Source: a virus
Lineage: Duplodnaviria; Caudoviricetes
Virus record (IMG/VR): IMGVR_UViG_3300032212_000044
Span: 1 to 41,901 of that record
Length of the DNA: 41,901 bases
Reading direction: 5' to 3' (one strand)
The position numbers were made by a program, and so were the translations under genes. Shown here one piece after another: positions 9,420 to 18,007 of this stretch (position 1 is its first letter; each line of letters starts with the position of its first letter). The notes beneath the pieces were generated by a model that saw only the letters and a program-made list of their open reading frames with translations, did no database searches and was not told where the DNA came from.

Positions 9420-9992
9420 TTATCTTGGCATTGCAAACCCTGCTAATGGGTCTACAGGGTGAAATACTGGCCTTATCTTTTTACTTTCCTTCTTTATCTT
9501 TGGCTTTTTCTCAACCTCTTCCATCACTGTCGTTCCCTCGTATTCTCTGTATGTCTTGCTCATGACATTGAATATAGCGTGGCCACATCTTAATTTTTTA
9601 ACTACATACACATTAATGCCGTAATCAATCAGCAGTTTTTTAGCATAATACACCTTTCTCTCGCTTGTATTTAAAATACCTGCTACATCTTGAATAGTAA
9701 AATCTCCATCTATCCATAACAAATAAGAAACTATTTGCGCTGCCAGGGAGCTTGGGACGCCTAAAGGGATACATTCTAGCGGTCTATGCCTTGTATTATA
9801 GACTCTTGATACACCAAATGACTTATCACTGTATTGATAACCAACATGGTATATTTTTCTACTATCTAATAATTCTGTCTTTGCTATATGGACTGATCTA
9901 AAGCTCTGTTCTGTCTCTATTTTAACACTATTTACTGTAAAATCTTCTTTAGTTTCAATAATATAATTTTTAACCAAATCTATTGCTTTCAT
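9420..9992 (-). CDS. Putative HTH DNA-binding protein (possible transcription regulator)
   Basis: 'FTIQDVAGILNTSERKVYYAK' HTH-like segment. Last gene of the left early arm before late genes. Confidence 0.5.
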   Translation of the reverse strand: MKAIDLVKNYIIETKEDFTVNSVKIETEQSFRSVHIAKTELLDSRKIYHVGYQYSDKSFGVSRVYNTRHRPLECIPLGVPSSLAAQIVSYLLWIDGDFTIQDVAGILNTSERKVYYAKKLLIDYGINVYVVKKLRCGHAIFNVMSKTYREYEGTTVMEEVEKKPKIKKESKKIRPVFHPVDPLAGFAMPR

Positions 9993-10002
9993 AGTTCACT
10001 CT

Positions 10003-10182
10003 TTAAGGTTGCTCAATTTTCTCACCACGATACATATGATCAGGCCAAGGCGTTTCGTCTACATTTCTTGAATAGTCGAGTTTATAGCCCTGTTTAATCA
10101 TCAAACTACGGGCATAATCTTCTACAATCTTGCTTGCTTCTTCACCCGATATTTCTATCTTCATTTGCTTTATTTCTTTCAT
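10003..10182 (-). CDS. Hypothetical protein (59 aa)
   Basis: RBS AAGGGGG, fills an operon gap. Not in the ORF track. Confidence 0.6.
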   Translation of the reverse strand: MKEIKQMKIEISGEEASKIVEDYARSLMIKQGYKLDYSRNVDETPWPDHMYRGEKIEQP

Positions 10183-10206
10183 ATATCCCCCTTGGCTAAG
10201 TAGTGA

Positions 10207-10452
10207 TTAAAAACCTTCGTAACCTTCATTCATTGACGAAAGTAGCTCGGTCATTTGATCGTAATTAATGTCTTCTTGTAGGAATGTATAAGCTATTCCT
10301 TTCAGCTTTTCTTTTTGAGTTTCAAGGGTTTGATTAATAATAAACCTAACCTTTGCCTTGAAAATATCTCTTTCAGCTCTGGTTTTTTTTGATCTGTCAG
10401 AATCAAAACTCCAATAAAGCTTCTCTAATGAATCTTCTATTTCTTCACTCAT
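10207..10452 (-). CDS. Hypothetical protein
   Basis: 81 aa, RBS AAGGT. Confidence 0.65.
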   Translation of the reverse strand: MSEEIEDSLEKLYWSFDSDRSKKTRAERDIFKAKVRFIINQTLETQKEKLKGIAYTFLQEDINYDQMTELLSSMNEGYEGF

Positions 10453-10467
10453 GTTATTACCTTCTGT

Positions 10468-10686
10468 TTATGTGTCTAATATCTGTACATTCTTGGCCCA
10501 TGAAGTGCCATCAAGCGCCATAGACGTTATGAAATACAGGTTGCTATCAACATCCAAAATAATTTCTTCTCTGTCTGTACCGGGGTTAAGTATTTCTTCT
10601 GCGATATAATTTATCTTCTCGTTTTTATAGGTTATTTTTAACTTATCGCCTTCCTTGATCTGACCAGGTAATGTTAATTTATTCAT
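10468..10686 (-). CDS. Hypothetical protein
   Basis: 72 aa, ATGA-coupled. Confidence 0.65.
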   Translation of the reverse strand: MNKLTLPGQIKEGDKLKITYKNEKINYIAEEILNPGTDREEIILDVDSNLYFITSMALDGTSWAKNVQILDT

Positions 10687-10961
10687 ACCCCTTCACCTTT
10701 ACCTGAGTTACCCGCGTTTAAAATAGCCTGTCTCCCTTTGTCAGTAATTTCCCATTTATGCCACGGATATTGTTCTTTTACTGGGGAAATTAATTCATTC
10801 TGCTCAAGAGATTCAATTATTTTACATAACCAAGCATTCTCAGACATATCCCACGTACTAACCTTTGGGTTAATGCTAATCGCATAAAGCACTCCATTTT
10901 CATGACGTAATGATTTTTTTAAATCAATTAATTTCGCATTGGTAAAGCTACAAATATTCAT
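10683..10961 (-). CDS. Hypothetical protein (winged-helix-like C-terminus)
   Basis: 92 aa, 'WEITDKGRQAI', ATGA-coupled. Confidence 0.6.
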   Translation of the reverse strand: MNICSFTNAKLIDLKKSLRHENGVLYAISINPKVSTWDMSENAWLCKIIESLEQNELISPVKEQYPWHKWEITDKGRQAILNAGNSGKGEGV

Positions 10962-11770
10962 AAGCCACCTTTATCTAATCCTGAGTTTCGTATAGTTTTT
11001 ATTATATCGTCAATAGCTTGATTGTAAGCGTTTGCCACGCCTTCAAAATCGTCTGTTTCATCAGCCCTGAGAGTGTTTAGTTTTTCTATCAACTCTTCGT
11101 TGCTGGTATCGAATATCTGTTTTTTTAGCGAATCTCTACAGCTTCTATGTGCATTTATAGCCCTGCCTCTTTCTAAAAAAGTAACCTTGCATTGGTTATC
11201 CAATATTGATTCACCGCAAAAGCCACAATATATTATATTTGTGCCCCAGCCTGCATTTAAAATAGCTGAGTGGCATTGCTCATAGTTAGGTGCTTCATAA
11301 CAATTAAGTGTGTCTTGATAAGCATCAGCACACTGCTGCCGTGTTTCCTCTCTGGCTTGCTCTACTTTTTTACTCATATCATTGAATAGCTCAAGGTATC
11401 TGTTTTGAAGATCAATATATTTTAAATTATGATCTTTATTAACTTGCTCTATCTCTTTTCCAAGTTTTATCACCTCAATCAGATGTTTACACTTCAAAGT
11501 ACCTTCAAGCGCTAATAAGTCTTCTTTGTGCTTGGCTTCGCTGGTGTATTTACTAGCAATTTCTTCTTCCTCGTCATAAGGTTCTATAAATTCAGTAACA
11601 CAATAATAACTAACATCATCAGGAGCAGCTTTAAATCCAGTAATCCAAACTTCGTCTTTCATTGTGCTTACTCTCCCATCTACAATAGATTGCTCTGGTA
11701 AGTCTTCATCCAGTTTGCAGCCACCACTGCAATTATCAGGAGAGCAGCCTTCACACCATTCAATATTCAT
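10958..11770 (-). CDS. Hypothetical composite protein (Cys motifs, coiled coil)
   Basis: 270 aa, 'CEGCSPDNC' and 'CGFC..HRSC'. Confidence 0.65.
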   Translation of the reverse strand: MNIEWCEGCSPDNCSGGCKLDEDLPEQSIVDGRVSTMKDEVWITGFKAAPDDVSYYCVTEFIEPYDEEEEIASKYTSEAKHKEDLLALEGTLKCKHLIEVIKLGKEIEQVNKDHNLKYIDLQNRYLELFNDMSKKVEQAREETRQQCADAYQDTLNCYEAPNYEQCHSAILNAGWGTNIIYCGFCGESILDNQCKVTFLERGRAINAHRSCRDSLKKQIFDTSNEELIEKLNTLRADETDDFEGVANAYNQAIDDIIKTIRNSGLDKGGL

Positions 11771-11900
11771 ATATCTAGCTCCTTTTTATGCTGTTTGATT
11801 TTTCTCTTAACATATAAATGAATACTTATGACAATAGCTGAAATAACTATTGTGAAAAATATAGGGATGATATATACGGGATTCATATATCTAGCTCCTT
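11765..11900. repeat. 20-bp exact direct repeat (RBS plus start)
   Basis: ATTCATATATCTAGCTCCTT at 11765-11784 and 11881-11900. Confidence 0.9.
11767..11886 (-). CDS. Small single-TM protein (39 aa)
   Basis: MNPVYIIPIFFTIVISAIVISIHLYVKRKIKQHKKELDI, RBS AAGGAG, bounded by a 20-bp direct repeat. Confidence 0.6.
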   Translation of the reverse strand: MNPVYIIPIFFTIVISAIVISIHLYVKRKIKQHKKELDI

Positions 11901-12337
11901 AATAGCTCTGTTATTTCTTCTTGCAAATCGCCGCGCCAATTATTCTCCTTTAAAATACTTAAGCATTCTTCGAGGGCATTATTCTTCTCTATCAGCTCTT
12001 CCTTTAAACGATTATTGCCCCAGTCAATATGGCCGGGCGTGCCTACGTTTACTATTTTATGTATGTCAATAAATCGATTAACCTTTCGGCTAAACCTGTC
12101 TCTTAATTGCTGAGTCTGTCCGAATATCCTAGCTGTCTCTGTCAGGTCATTAACAAACTTAGCTATCTCACGATCTTTTGGCTCTTCCTTTGCATTGGTG
12201 CGGGTGTTGAACTTTCTAAGCTCATGTAAAACTTCGCCAGCTTCAGTACCATTTAATATACCTGTCTTGCCTTCGTTATAAGCAATGCCCCAGTACCTTT
12301 CTAAAAGGTCTTCAAAGTTCAGCTCTGTATCACTCAT
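11891..12337 (-). CDS. Hypothetical protein
   Basis: 148 aa within the operon. Confidence 0.65.
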   Translation of the reverse strand: MSDTELNFEDLLERYWGIAYNEGKTGILNGTEAGEVLHELRKFNTRTNAKEEPKDREIAKFVNDLTETARIFGQTQQLRDRFSRKVNRFIDIHKIVNVGTPGHIDWGNNRLKEELIEKNNALEECLSILKENNWRGDLQEEITELLRS

Positions 12338-12662
12338 TGTTTACTCCCAGTACAGCATCTATACAGGTATTTTCATTAGCTTGAATGCTGCCTTCGTGTA
12401 CATCAATAATTAAATTGTTGCTTGAATCAATTACATTTAAAAACACTTGACCATCATCTTGATAATAGGTGAACTCATACCCTTGCAGAATCATCTTCTC
12501 TATAACCTTATTCCTTAAGTTTGCGTCGCTGTATGGGTCGTATAAATATTTCTCATGTAGAAAATAATCCCCTGAATCGTCTTGGAAAAACTCAATTTCG
12601 TCAGCAATACCCATAAACTCAGCGCACTTTAAATTAAACTCTTTCTGCTGTTCTTTAATCAT
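12330..12662 (-). CDS. Hypothetical protein
   Basis: 110 aa within the operon. Confidence 0.65.
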   Translation of the reverse strand: MIKEQQKEFNLKCAEFMGIADEIEFFQDDSGDYFLHEKYLYDPYSDANLRNKVIEKMILQGYEFTYYQDDGQVFLNVIDSSNNLIIDVHEGSIQANENTCIDAVLGVNNE

Positions 12663-12861
12663 TATCCTTCCTTAACATTCTTAGCTCTAAATCAAATAGA
12701 TACTTCATTTGTGGGTTGTGAAGATACCAGCCAGGGTTTCTGTGCATTCTTACATTCTCCTTGAACCTACCTTTAGCTATTAACTTAGTGCTGTTTCTTC
12801 TAGTTAATCTTGCATGCGTTAGCGATACCGACTTCCATTTCTCGTTTAGTAGCAAGCTCAA
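12655..12861 (-). CDS. Hypothetical protein (start uncertain)
   Basis: Fills a gap and overlaps the upstream ORF. Confidence 0.4.
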   Translation of the reverse strand: MSLLLNEKWKSVSLTHARLTRRNSTKLIAKGRFKENVRMHRNPGWYLHNPQMKYLFDLELRMLRKDND

Positions 12862-13051
12862 GTGTTATTATTGCTTCATGTATTTCTTTATCTGACCAAT
12901 CATTTGTTGAGCCGATGTAGAGCAACTGTAATGCTTTGTTTCCATTGATCGCTTGGTCATGCGTGACAGCGGTTCTGTTTAGTGTCATGTCAAAGTATTC
13001 CTTTGCTTGCTGCTTGAATGCTTTATTAGTTACGTTTTCAAATGTGCTCAT
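12800..13051 (-). CDS. Hypothetical protein
   Basis: 83 aa, RBS GAGGTG. Confidence 0.65.
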   Translation of the reverse strand: MSTFENVTNKAFKQQAKEYFDMTLNRTAVTHDQAINGNKALQLLYIGSTNDWSDKEIHEAIITLELATKREMEVGIANACKIN

Positions 13052-13053
13052 TT

Positions 13054-13269
13054 CTACACCTCAGTTAATTTCTCATCTAACAACTCACCATCAGACGCAT
13101 ATTGTCTTACGCATTTCTCTACCGTCCATTCAACTGCACCTTCAAAATCATTTACCCTGTCCAGCTTCTCAGTTTCAGTTTCTTTCTTCGACTTACAAAA
13201 TATTATGTCTATCGAATCACCGTTTATGTCTCTAGGTATTAACCACCATTCTGTAACTTGCATGATCAT
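13054..13269 (-). CDS. Hypothetical protein
   Basis: 71 aa downstream of the promoter element at 13291-13299. Confidence 0.65.
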   Translation of the reverse strand: MIMQVTEWWLIPRDINGDSIDIIFCKSKKETETEKLDRVNDFEGAVEWTVEKCVRQYASDGELLDEKLTEV

Positions 13270-13290
13270 TCCTTTTTGGTTTCATGTGTT

Positions 13291-13299
13291 ATTATAACA
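13291..13299 (-). promoter_or_regulatory. Extended -10 promoter element
   Basis: TGTTATAAT on the minus strand. Confidence 0.5.
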
Positions 13300-13407
13300 T
13301 ATCGACTTTCGTTAACTTCGCTTAAACGCTATAATAGCAGTGTTTTAGGCTCTGATAGCTTGTCGTACCGCTCTAAAAATAATGCTTGACATCTATTTCT
13401 GTAGTGT

Positions 13408-13770
13408 TTAATTACCTGTATCTAGCTTCGTTCTGATCGCTGAATCTATTTCTTTAAGAAATTTCTGCACTTGTTTATATACACCGCATCTGTCCATTGT
13501 TACGTGATCAGATAACCTTAAAGACTCAAATCCGTCAACACCTCTGAGCAGTGCTAGGGACAATTCAGGTTCACTTTCAACGCCCATTATCTCAACCCCG
13601 TTAGATGTTTTTTTGAAAATACTAGCCTGTAATTCAACTGGTTTATTTACTCTTAAAAAACTACCAATAGGTGACAAGTGCAGGGCAACCAAACCTTGTT
13701 TTACATTGGCAAATTCTACATCTGGCTTGCGCTCTCTGTCGTTAAATAAAACTAATGTTGATGTGCTCAT
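13408..13770 (-). CDS. Hypothetical protein
   Basis: 120 aa, RBS GGAG. Confidence 0.55.
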   Translation of the reverse strand: MSTSTLVLFNDRERKPDVEFANVKQGLVALHLSPIGSFLRVNKPVELQASIFKKTSNGVEIMGVESEPELSLALLRGVDGFESLRLSDHVTMDRCGVYKQVQKFLKEIDSAIRTKLDTGN

Positions 13771-13823
13771 CCCTCACTCCATATCTGCCATTTCATTGAA
13801 TTGTTGTGGTGTGTAGTTCATAT

Positions 13824-14039
13824 CTAGTCCTTTGGTGGTGAAGGGAGTGGTTCTTCACCTTCAAAACAAACTTTACTGACATGCCTGTACTTCTCATTAT
13901 CTAATTTAAAAAGTAGCTCGCTCTCTTTTCCCTGACTTAATGAGCCGTTATTTCTTTTATGGCAGGTGAACCCGTTATCGTCCCAGTATTCAGCCTCTAC
14001 ATATTCAAGATGCTTGCAGTTGTCACAATTCTTTTTCAT
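13824..14039 (-). CDS. Hypothetical Cys-rich protein
   Basis: 'CDNCKH..C..C'. Confidence 0.6.
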   Translation of the reverse strand: MKKNCDNCKHLEYVEAEYWDDNGFTCHKRNNGSLSQGKESELLFKLDNEKYRHVSKVCFEGEEPLPSPPKD

Positions 14040-14376
14040 TTAAAACACTCACAATGTCATCAACAATTCGATCAATACACCCATCAAAGCCATGATCACT
14101 GTCATAGTCGTTTATGTCTTTACCCATCGCATTACATAGCTTTGTAGCTCGGTCTAATACAGTAATGTTTTGGTAATCATCTACCTGCTTCTCTAGCTCT
14201 GCTATGCGCTTGTCCTTAGCTCTTAAATCATCTGCGTTATGTAGGGCTGTGTTTTCTAAATCAGATATACGTTCCTTATCTCTAAGAAGTTCATATGCAA
14301 TTGTTTCGGCTTCTGCCTGTGTAATAGGGAAGCCTCTAAGGATGCCGTTTAAATCTTCATCTGTTATATCAGTCAC
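14023..14376 (-). CDS. Hypothetical coiled-coil protein
   Basis: 117 aa, GTG start coupled to the upstream stop. Confidence 0.6.
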   Translation of the reverse strand: MTDITDEDLNGILRGFPITQAEAETIAYELLRDKERISDLENTALHNADDLRAKDKRIAELEKQVDDYQNITVLDRATKLCNAMGKDINDYDSDHGFDGCIDRIVDDIVSVLNEKEL

Positions 14377-14582
14377 TTGCTTTCCTCTTTACTAATTTCA
14401 TCCATTTGCATCCAATGTTCACGGCATTTATTAAACCAATTTTTCGCGTCTGCAAGGCTATTTGTATGATGTGTTATAAACATTTTATCTTTAGACATGA
14501 CGCGATATTTATAACTACGTCGATGACCAAACCCATCACCTTCCTTTGCCTCTTGTATATAATCTTGCTCTGAATACTCCAT
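14373..14582 (-). CDS. Hypothetical protein
   Basis: 69 aa, RBS GAGG. Confidence 0.6.
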   Translation of the reverse strand: MEYSEQDYIQEAKEGDGFGHRRSYKYRVMSKDKMFITHHTNSLADAKNWFNKCREHWMQMDEISKEESK

Positions 14583-14604
14583 TAGTTATTCCTCTGTGTG
14601 TTGG

Positions 14605-14892
14605 CTAATCGCATGGATACATAACTAGATGTAAATCACTCTCAAGCTTGTTTATCCTGTTTTCTAAGAACTGGATATAGCCTGCTAACTTAAGATTCTC
14701 ATCACAACCATATTTAGCCGCTTTCCTATGCAGTTCTTCGTTCCGCTTGTTTTCCCATTCATTTTCTTTTTTTAGTCTGAACCTGTAAAGTTCGTCCCTA
14801 TGATCTTCAAACCCTTCTGTTTCTTCAATATCCCAGCAAGGATCATTCATCCAATTATTTTTTAGTTTGATAATTTCTTCATCTGTTGTCAC
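14605..14892 (-). CDS. Hypothetical phage protein
   Basis: 'LKNNWMNDPCWDIEETEGFE' motif, RBS AGGAG. Confidence 0.7.
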   Translation of the reverse strand: MTTDEEIIKLKNNWMNDPCWDIEETEGFEDHRDELYRFRLKKENEWENKRNEELHRKAAKYGCDENLKLAGYIQFLENRINKLESDLHLVMYPCD

Positions 14893-14927
14893 TTCTCTCT
14901 CCTAATTAATCTGTGTGTTGGCTAACC

Positions 14928-15257
14928 TTAATAGTAATATCCGCTTATAACTTCCATAGGCTTCATAAAATCAAGCCATTCATGCTCCAGCATTTTTCTT
15001 TCTTCACCACAGCCAGAACACCGCATTTTCGTATAGTATTTTGGCGCTGTGCAAGTCGGCTTAAAATTATGCGGCTCGCCATTCATACAGTCTGCTTTTT
15101 TGGCATCATAAGAAAATGAAATATAAGTTGTGAAGGCAAAGCTATTTTCACAATCACGGCATTGTTGCTCGTGAATTAAGCTTTCATCATATCCGTAGCC
15201 ATCATCATGATTTATCTCTTGCCATTCGCCACAATAAGGGCATTCAACGTCTTTCAC
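14928..15257 (-). CDS. Zinc-finger-like phage protein
   Basis: 'CPYCGEWQEINHDDGYGY..CRDC..CSGC'. Confidence 0.7.
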   Translation of the reverse strand: MKDVECPYCGEWQEINHDDGYGYDESLIHEQQCRDCENSFAFTTYISFSYDAKKADCMNGEPHNFKPTCTAPKYYTKMRCSGCGEERKMLEHEWLDFMKPMEVISGYYY

Positions 15258-15277
15258 TTCTCTCTCCTAATTAAGTA

Positions 15278-15406
15278 TGCAGAGCTGAGGGAATATTTAC
15301 GCTGATCCTATAGTCAGTAACCTTCAACTCTGCAAACATGGTGGCGATCCACTGGCCGCTTCGAGCCCACAGCTTGTACTTCGCCTGACTGCCAGTTTCA
15401 CACCAT
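15278..15406 (-). ncRNA. Two tandem stem-closed structured RNA domains (putative)
   Basis: TGCAGAG..CTCTGCA (15278-15334). ATGGTG..CACCAT with inner ACTGGC/GCCAGT (15338-15406). Confidence 0.4.
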
Positions 15407-15410
15407 AATA

Positions 15411-15495
15411 TGGTCGGGTAAGTCAGGGAGTTCCTCTTATGCTGCCGCCCTGACAGTTTCAGCAATTTTAACTGCGGCTATTCCGCCACTACCCG
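15411..15495 (-). ncRNA. tRNA-like element with a non-canonical core
   Basis: CGGGTAG/TTACCCG 7-bp acceptor followed by A and CCA. D-like arm GCGG-AATAG-CCGC and arm GTCAGGG/CCCTGAC. No TTC loop or standard anticodon loop. Confidence 0.5.
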
Positions 15496-15752
15496 TTAAT
15501 CTTTAAAATACCACCTATCTTTCTTGCAATCTTCTTCAAAAAACCTGAATTTACCTCGACTATTTCAGTAGTAGCTCTTTCAAATGACTCATTTAATCTT
15601 TGATAATCTTCAAAATCTATAAATGTGTAACTCACCCTTACAACATCATCATAAATTATAGGATCACTTGTAAATCTACCGCTTGTCTTTTTAAATATCT
15701 CAAGCCACTTATTAAAATCCTCTTTATTTATTGGCTCATTTGATACTTTCAT
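15489..15752 (-). CDS. Hypothetical protein
   Basis: 87 aa, TGATG-coupled. Confidence 0.65.
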   Translation of the reverse strand: MKVSNEPINKEDFNKWLEIFKKTSGRFTSDPIIYDDVVRVSYTFIDFEDYQRLNESFERATTEIVEVNSGFLKKIARKIGGILKING

Positions 15753-15970
15753 CAGTGCGTCCTTTGTTTGTATTCTTTCAATTCTTCAATAGCCATCATA
15801 ATCATGTCACCAGCTTTAAAACAAATATCTTCACCTAAGCCTAAGTTTTCAATAGTCGCCTCCTCAGCGCGTTCTAAGGCGCTCATACACACATGTAAAG
15901 GGACGTCTTTATGCCAGTGCTTTATCATATAGTCGTGTGGCTTCATGGCTTGGTCTGCTAGTGTTCTCAT
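15752..15970 (-). CDS. Hypothetical protein
   Basis: 72 aa, RBS GAGGTG. Confidence 0.65.
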   Translation of the reverse strand: MRTLADQAMKPHDYMIKHWHKDVPLHVCMSALERAEEATIENLGLGEDICFKAGDMIMMAIEELKEYKQRTH

Positions 15971-15990
15971 TTATCACCTCTTAAATTAGT

Positions 15991-16099
15991 TCTGGCAATC
16001 ATGTAATTACAGCTAATACTTCATAAGCTCATAGGAGCATCGATTACATGTTTGTCAACGACCTGCCAGACAGCCGTAAGGTAAAACCCTATGGGCTTT
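15991..16099 (-). promoter_or_regulatory. Structured 5' leader with crossing helices (putative)
   Basis: TCTGGCA/TGCCAGA, CATGTAAT/ATTACATG and AAGCTCATAGG/CCTATGGGCTT. Confidence 0.4.
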
Positions 16100-16184
16100 G
16101 AAATTAATATGATTTAAATATACACCACTAACTATACCTTTAAAAATCAATTGTATTTATGGCTGTGATTAGGTGAGTTAATCA

Positions 16185-17456
16185 TTAGCTTCTGTATTGT
16201 CTTTGTAAGTCTTCAACCCGCATATACTGCTCGATCCATGCCGTTTTAACGTGTCCTGTAGGGCCGTGGCGGTTCTTACACACGTTTATCTCCATAATGC
16301 CTTTCTGGTCTGTATCTTCGTCGTACACCTCATCTCTGTACAATGTCATGACAATATCGGCCTCTTTTTCTATCTCTGAGCTATTCGCTAAATCACCCAT
16401 TGAAGGCCGCTTGTCGGTTCTTTTCTCTACATCCCGATTAACCTGGGCCAAGGCAATAACTGGAATGTCTAAATCTCTCGCGAGTTCTTTTAGTGATTGA
16501 ACCACATTACCAACCTGCTCCCACTTGGCTATGCGTTGATTAGTCCACTTAACCCGCTGTATATAATCAATATACAAAGCCTTGATATTGTATTGGTGCT
16601 TCCACTTTCTGGCCTGCCTGATAACATCTAAAATGCTTATGCCTGATTTGTCATTGATCCAAATATTATTATTTCTGTGTAACTGAGAAACCGAGCTTGT
16701 GAGTTTTGTATAATCAAACTCTTCCATAGTGCCGGTTCTCATCTTTTGTGCGCTCACTCTCCCGTTAATAGCAATTAGTCTTATTCCCATTTGCTCGGCG
16801 GGTTGTTCAGCACTGATAATCCCGCATTGATCCTGATGCGCATTACATAAATTTAGTAAAAAGGCTGTTTTCCCCATTGCTGGCCTTGCACCTATCACAT
16901 ACAGGTCTGAATCATGAAAACCGCCTAACACCTCATCAAGCCTTTCTATGCCGGTAGGAATGCCGACTGTGCCGGTATTCTCTGCTGCGGCCTCTATCAT
17001 TTCTAGAGACTTTGTGATTGTCTGAGACATTGAATGTTCGTGGTTTTGTCTGACAGATGATAGCTCCATTAATAACTTCACTGATTGGTCTATGTCTGAC
17101 TCGCTATTCTCAGAATCATCAATATTGTTTAACAAATCAACACACACAGACTTAGCAGCTCTAATCATTGAGGCATTTTTGATAGATTTTGCATACGCAT
17201 TGACGTTTGATGTTGATGGACAGTCTTTCATTGCCTGACCAATAAATGATACCCACTGCACATTTTTATGATTCTTGCCTAACTTATCTGAAACCGTGAA
17301 TAAATCGATAACATCATTTGATGCAACCATATCCAGTATGGATTGATAGACTAACTTACAGCTTACTATCTCAAAATCATCAGCACTTAAATCAACCTCG
17401 TTTATTAATTCTGGTTTTTGCATCAATGCGCCAATCACTGTATTTTCATAATTCAT
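16185..17456 (-). CDS. dnaB: DnaB-like replicative helicase
   Basis: 'GARPAMGKT', 'IDYIQ', 'ALAQVNR', 'KNRHGPTG'. Confidence 0.96.
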   Translation of the reverse strand: MNYENTVIGALMQKPELINEVDLSADDFEIVSCKLVYQSILDMVASNDVIDLFTVSDKLGKNHKNVQWVSFIGQAMKDCPSTSNVNAYAKSIKNASMIRAAKSVCVDLLNNIDDSENSESDIDQSVKLLMELSSVRQNHEHSMSQTITKSLEMIEAAAENTGTVGIPTGIERLDEVLGGFHDSDLYVIGARPAMGKTAFLLNLCNAHQDQCGIISAEQPAEQMGIRLIAINGRVSAQKMRTGTMEEFDYTKLTSSVSQLHRNNNIWINDKSGISILDVIRQARKWKHQYNIKALYIDYIQRVKWTNQRIAKWEQVGNVVQSLKELARDLDIPVIALAQVNRDVEKRTDKRPSMGDLANSSEIEKEADIVMTLYRDEVYDEDTDQKGIMEINVCKNRHGPTGHVKTAWIEQYMRVEDLQRQYRS

Positions 17457-18007
17457 AGCTCTTTCCTTATCGGCTTAATAGTTGCTTCTTGTGGTTTGTT
17501 CTTCAAATGCCAAGTTCTACAGGAAGCCTTCCAGCTTTTCATTTTATTCTTACCGACCATCCATCCATTTGATTCGTAGTGGTTGTAGAATATCTCTCCA
17601 TCAACAATATATTGCTTTTCACTGATATACGCTTTTAGTTCTCCAATGGTTGGCTTTGTAAATCTCTTACTCTTACTCTTACTCTTACTATCATTCTTAT
17701 TATCGGTAGATTTGGTAACGACTGGTAACGACTGGCTACCAGATGTACCAGTGGTAGATTTGGTAGAATGCCTTTTAACAGCTATTAACCTGTTCTTTTC
17801 ACAGAGTTTTTCGTATTTTTCGCTGTCTCGCTCGAACTGTTTTTTGAATGGAGTAAACACCAAATCTATTAAATCTGATACATCTACGTCTTCATTAAAT
17901 TGGTATGCTTTTATTGCTTTGAATAGTTCGCCAGCTTGCTCTTTGGTTAGTTTATCCAGTATCTCAAGACTATCTTTGTGGATAATAAATGACTTACGCT
18001 CACTCAT
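17453..18007 (-). CDS. Replication initiator (DUF6291-like N-terminus)
   Basis: 'RKSFIIH..LTKEQAGELFKAI' N-terminus and 'FYNHYESNGWMVGKNKMKSWKA' C-terminus. Directly upstream of dnaB. Confidence 0.85.
   Translation of the reverse strand: MSERKSFIIHKDSLEILDKLTKEQAGELFKAIKAYQFNEDVDVSDLIDLVFTPFKKQFERDSEKYEKLCEKNRLIAVKRHSTKSTTGTSGSQSLPVVTKSTDNKNDSKSKSKSKRFTKPTIGELKAYISEKQYIVDGEIFYNHYESNGWMVGKNKMKSWKASCRTWHLKNKPQEATIKPIRKEL
17664..17767. repeat. Iteron-like repeats inside the initiator gene (probable origin)
   Basis: GGTAGATTTGGTA x2, TGGTAACGAC x2 and a (CTCTTA)n run, located in the linker-coding region as with lambdoid origins. Confidence 0.6.

Larger units (their letters stand above)
14593..15274. 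repeat. Interleaved gene-boundary direct repeats
   Basis: TCTGTGTGTTGGCTAA at 14593-14608 and 14910-14925. TCACTTCTCTCTCCTAATTAA at 14889-14909 and 15254-15274. Confidence 0.9.

Noticed and set aside
11891-12337. Translation GTPase, suggested by 'IVNVGTPGHID'
   Set aside because: Isolated resemblance in a 148-aa protein with no GKT or other G motifs
11765-15274. CRISPR-like or other regular repeat array
   Set aside because: Repeats occur only as pairs of differing sequence separated by whole genes
15338-15406. Twister, twister-sister or SRP RNA, suggested by GTACAAG and GTCAGG
   Set aside because: Only isolated short motifs match, and I could not build the required helices
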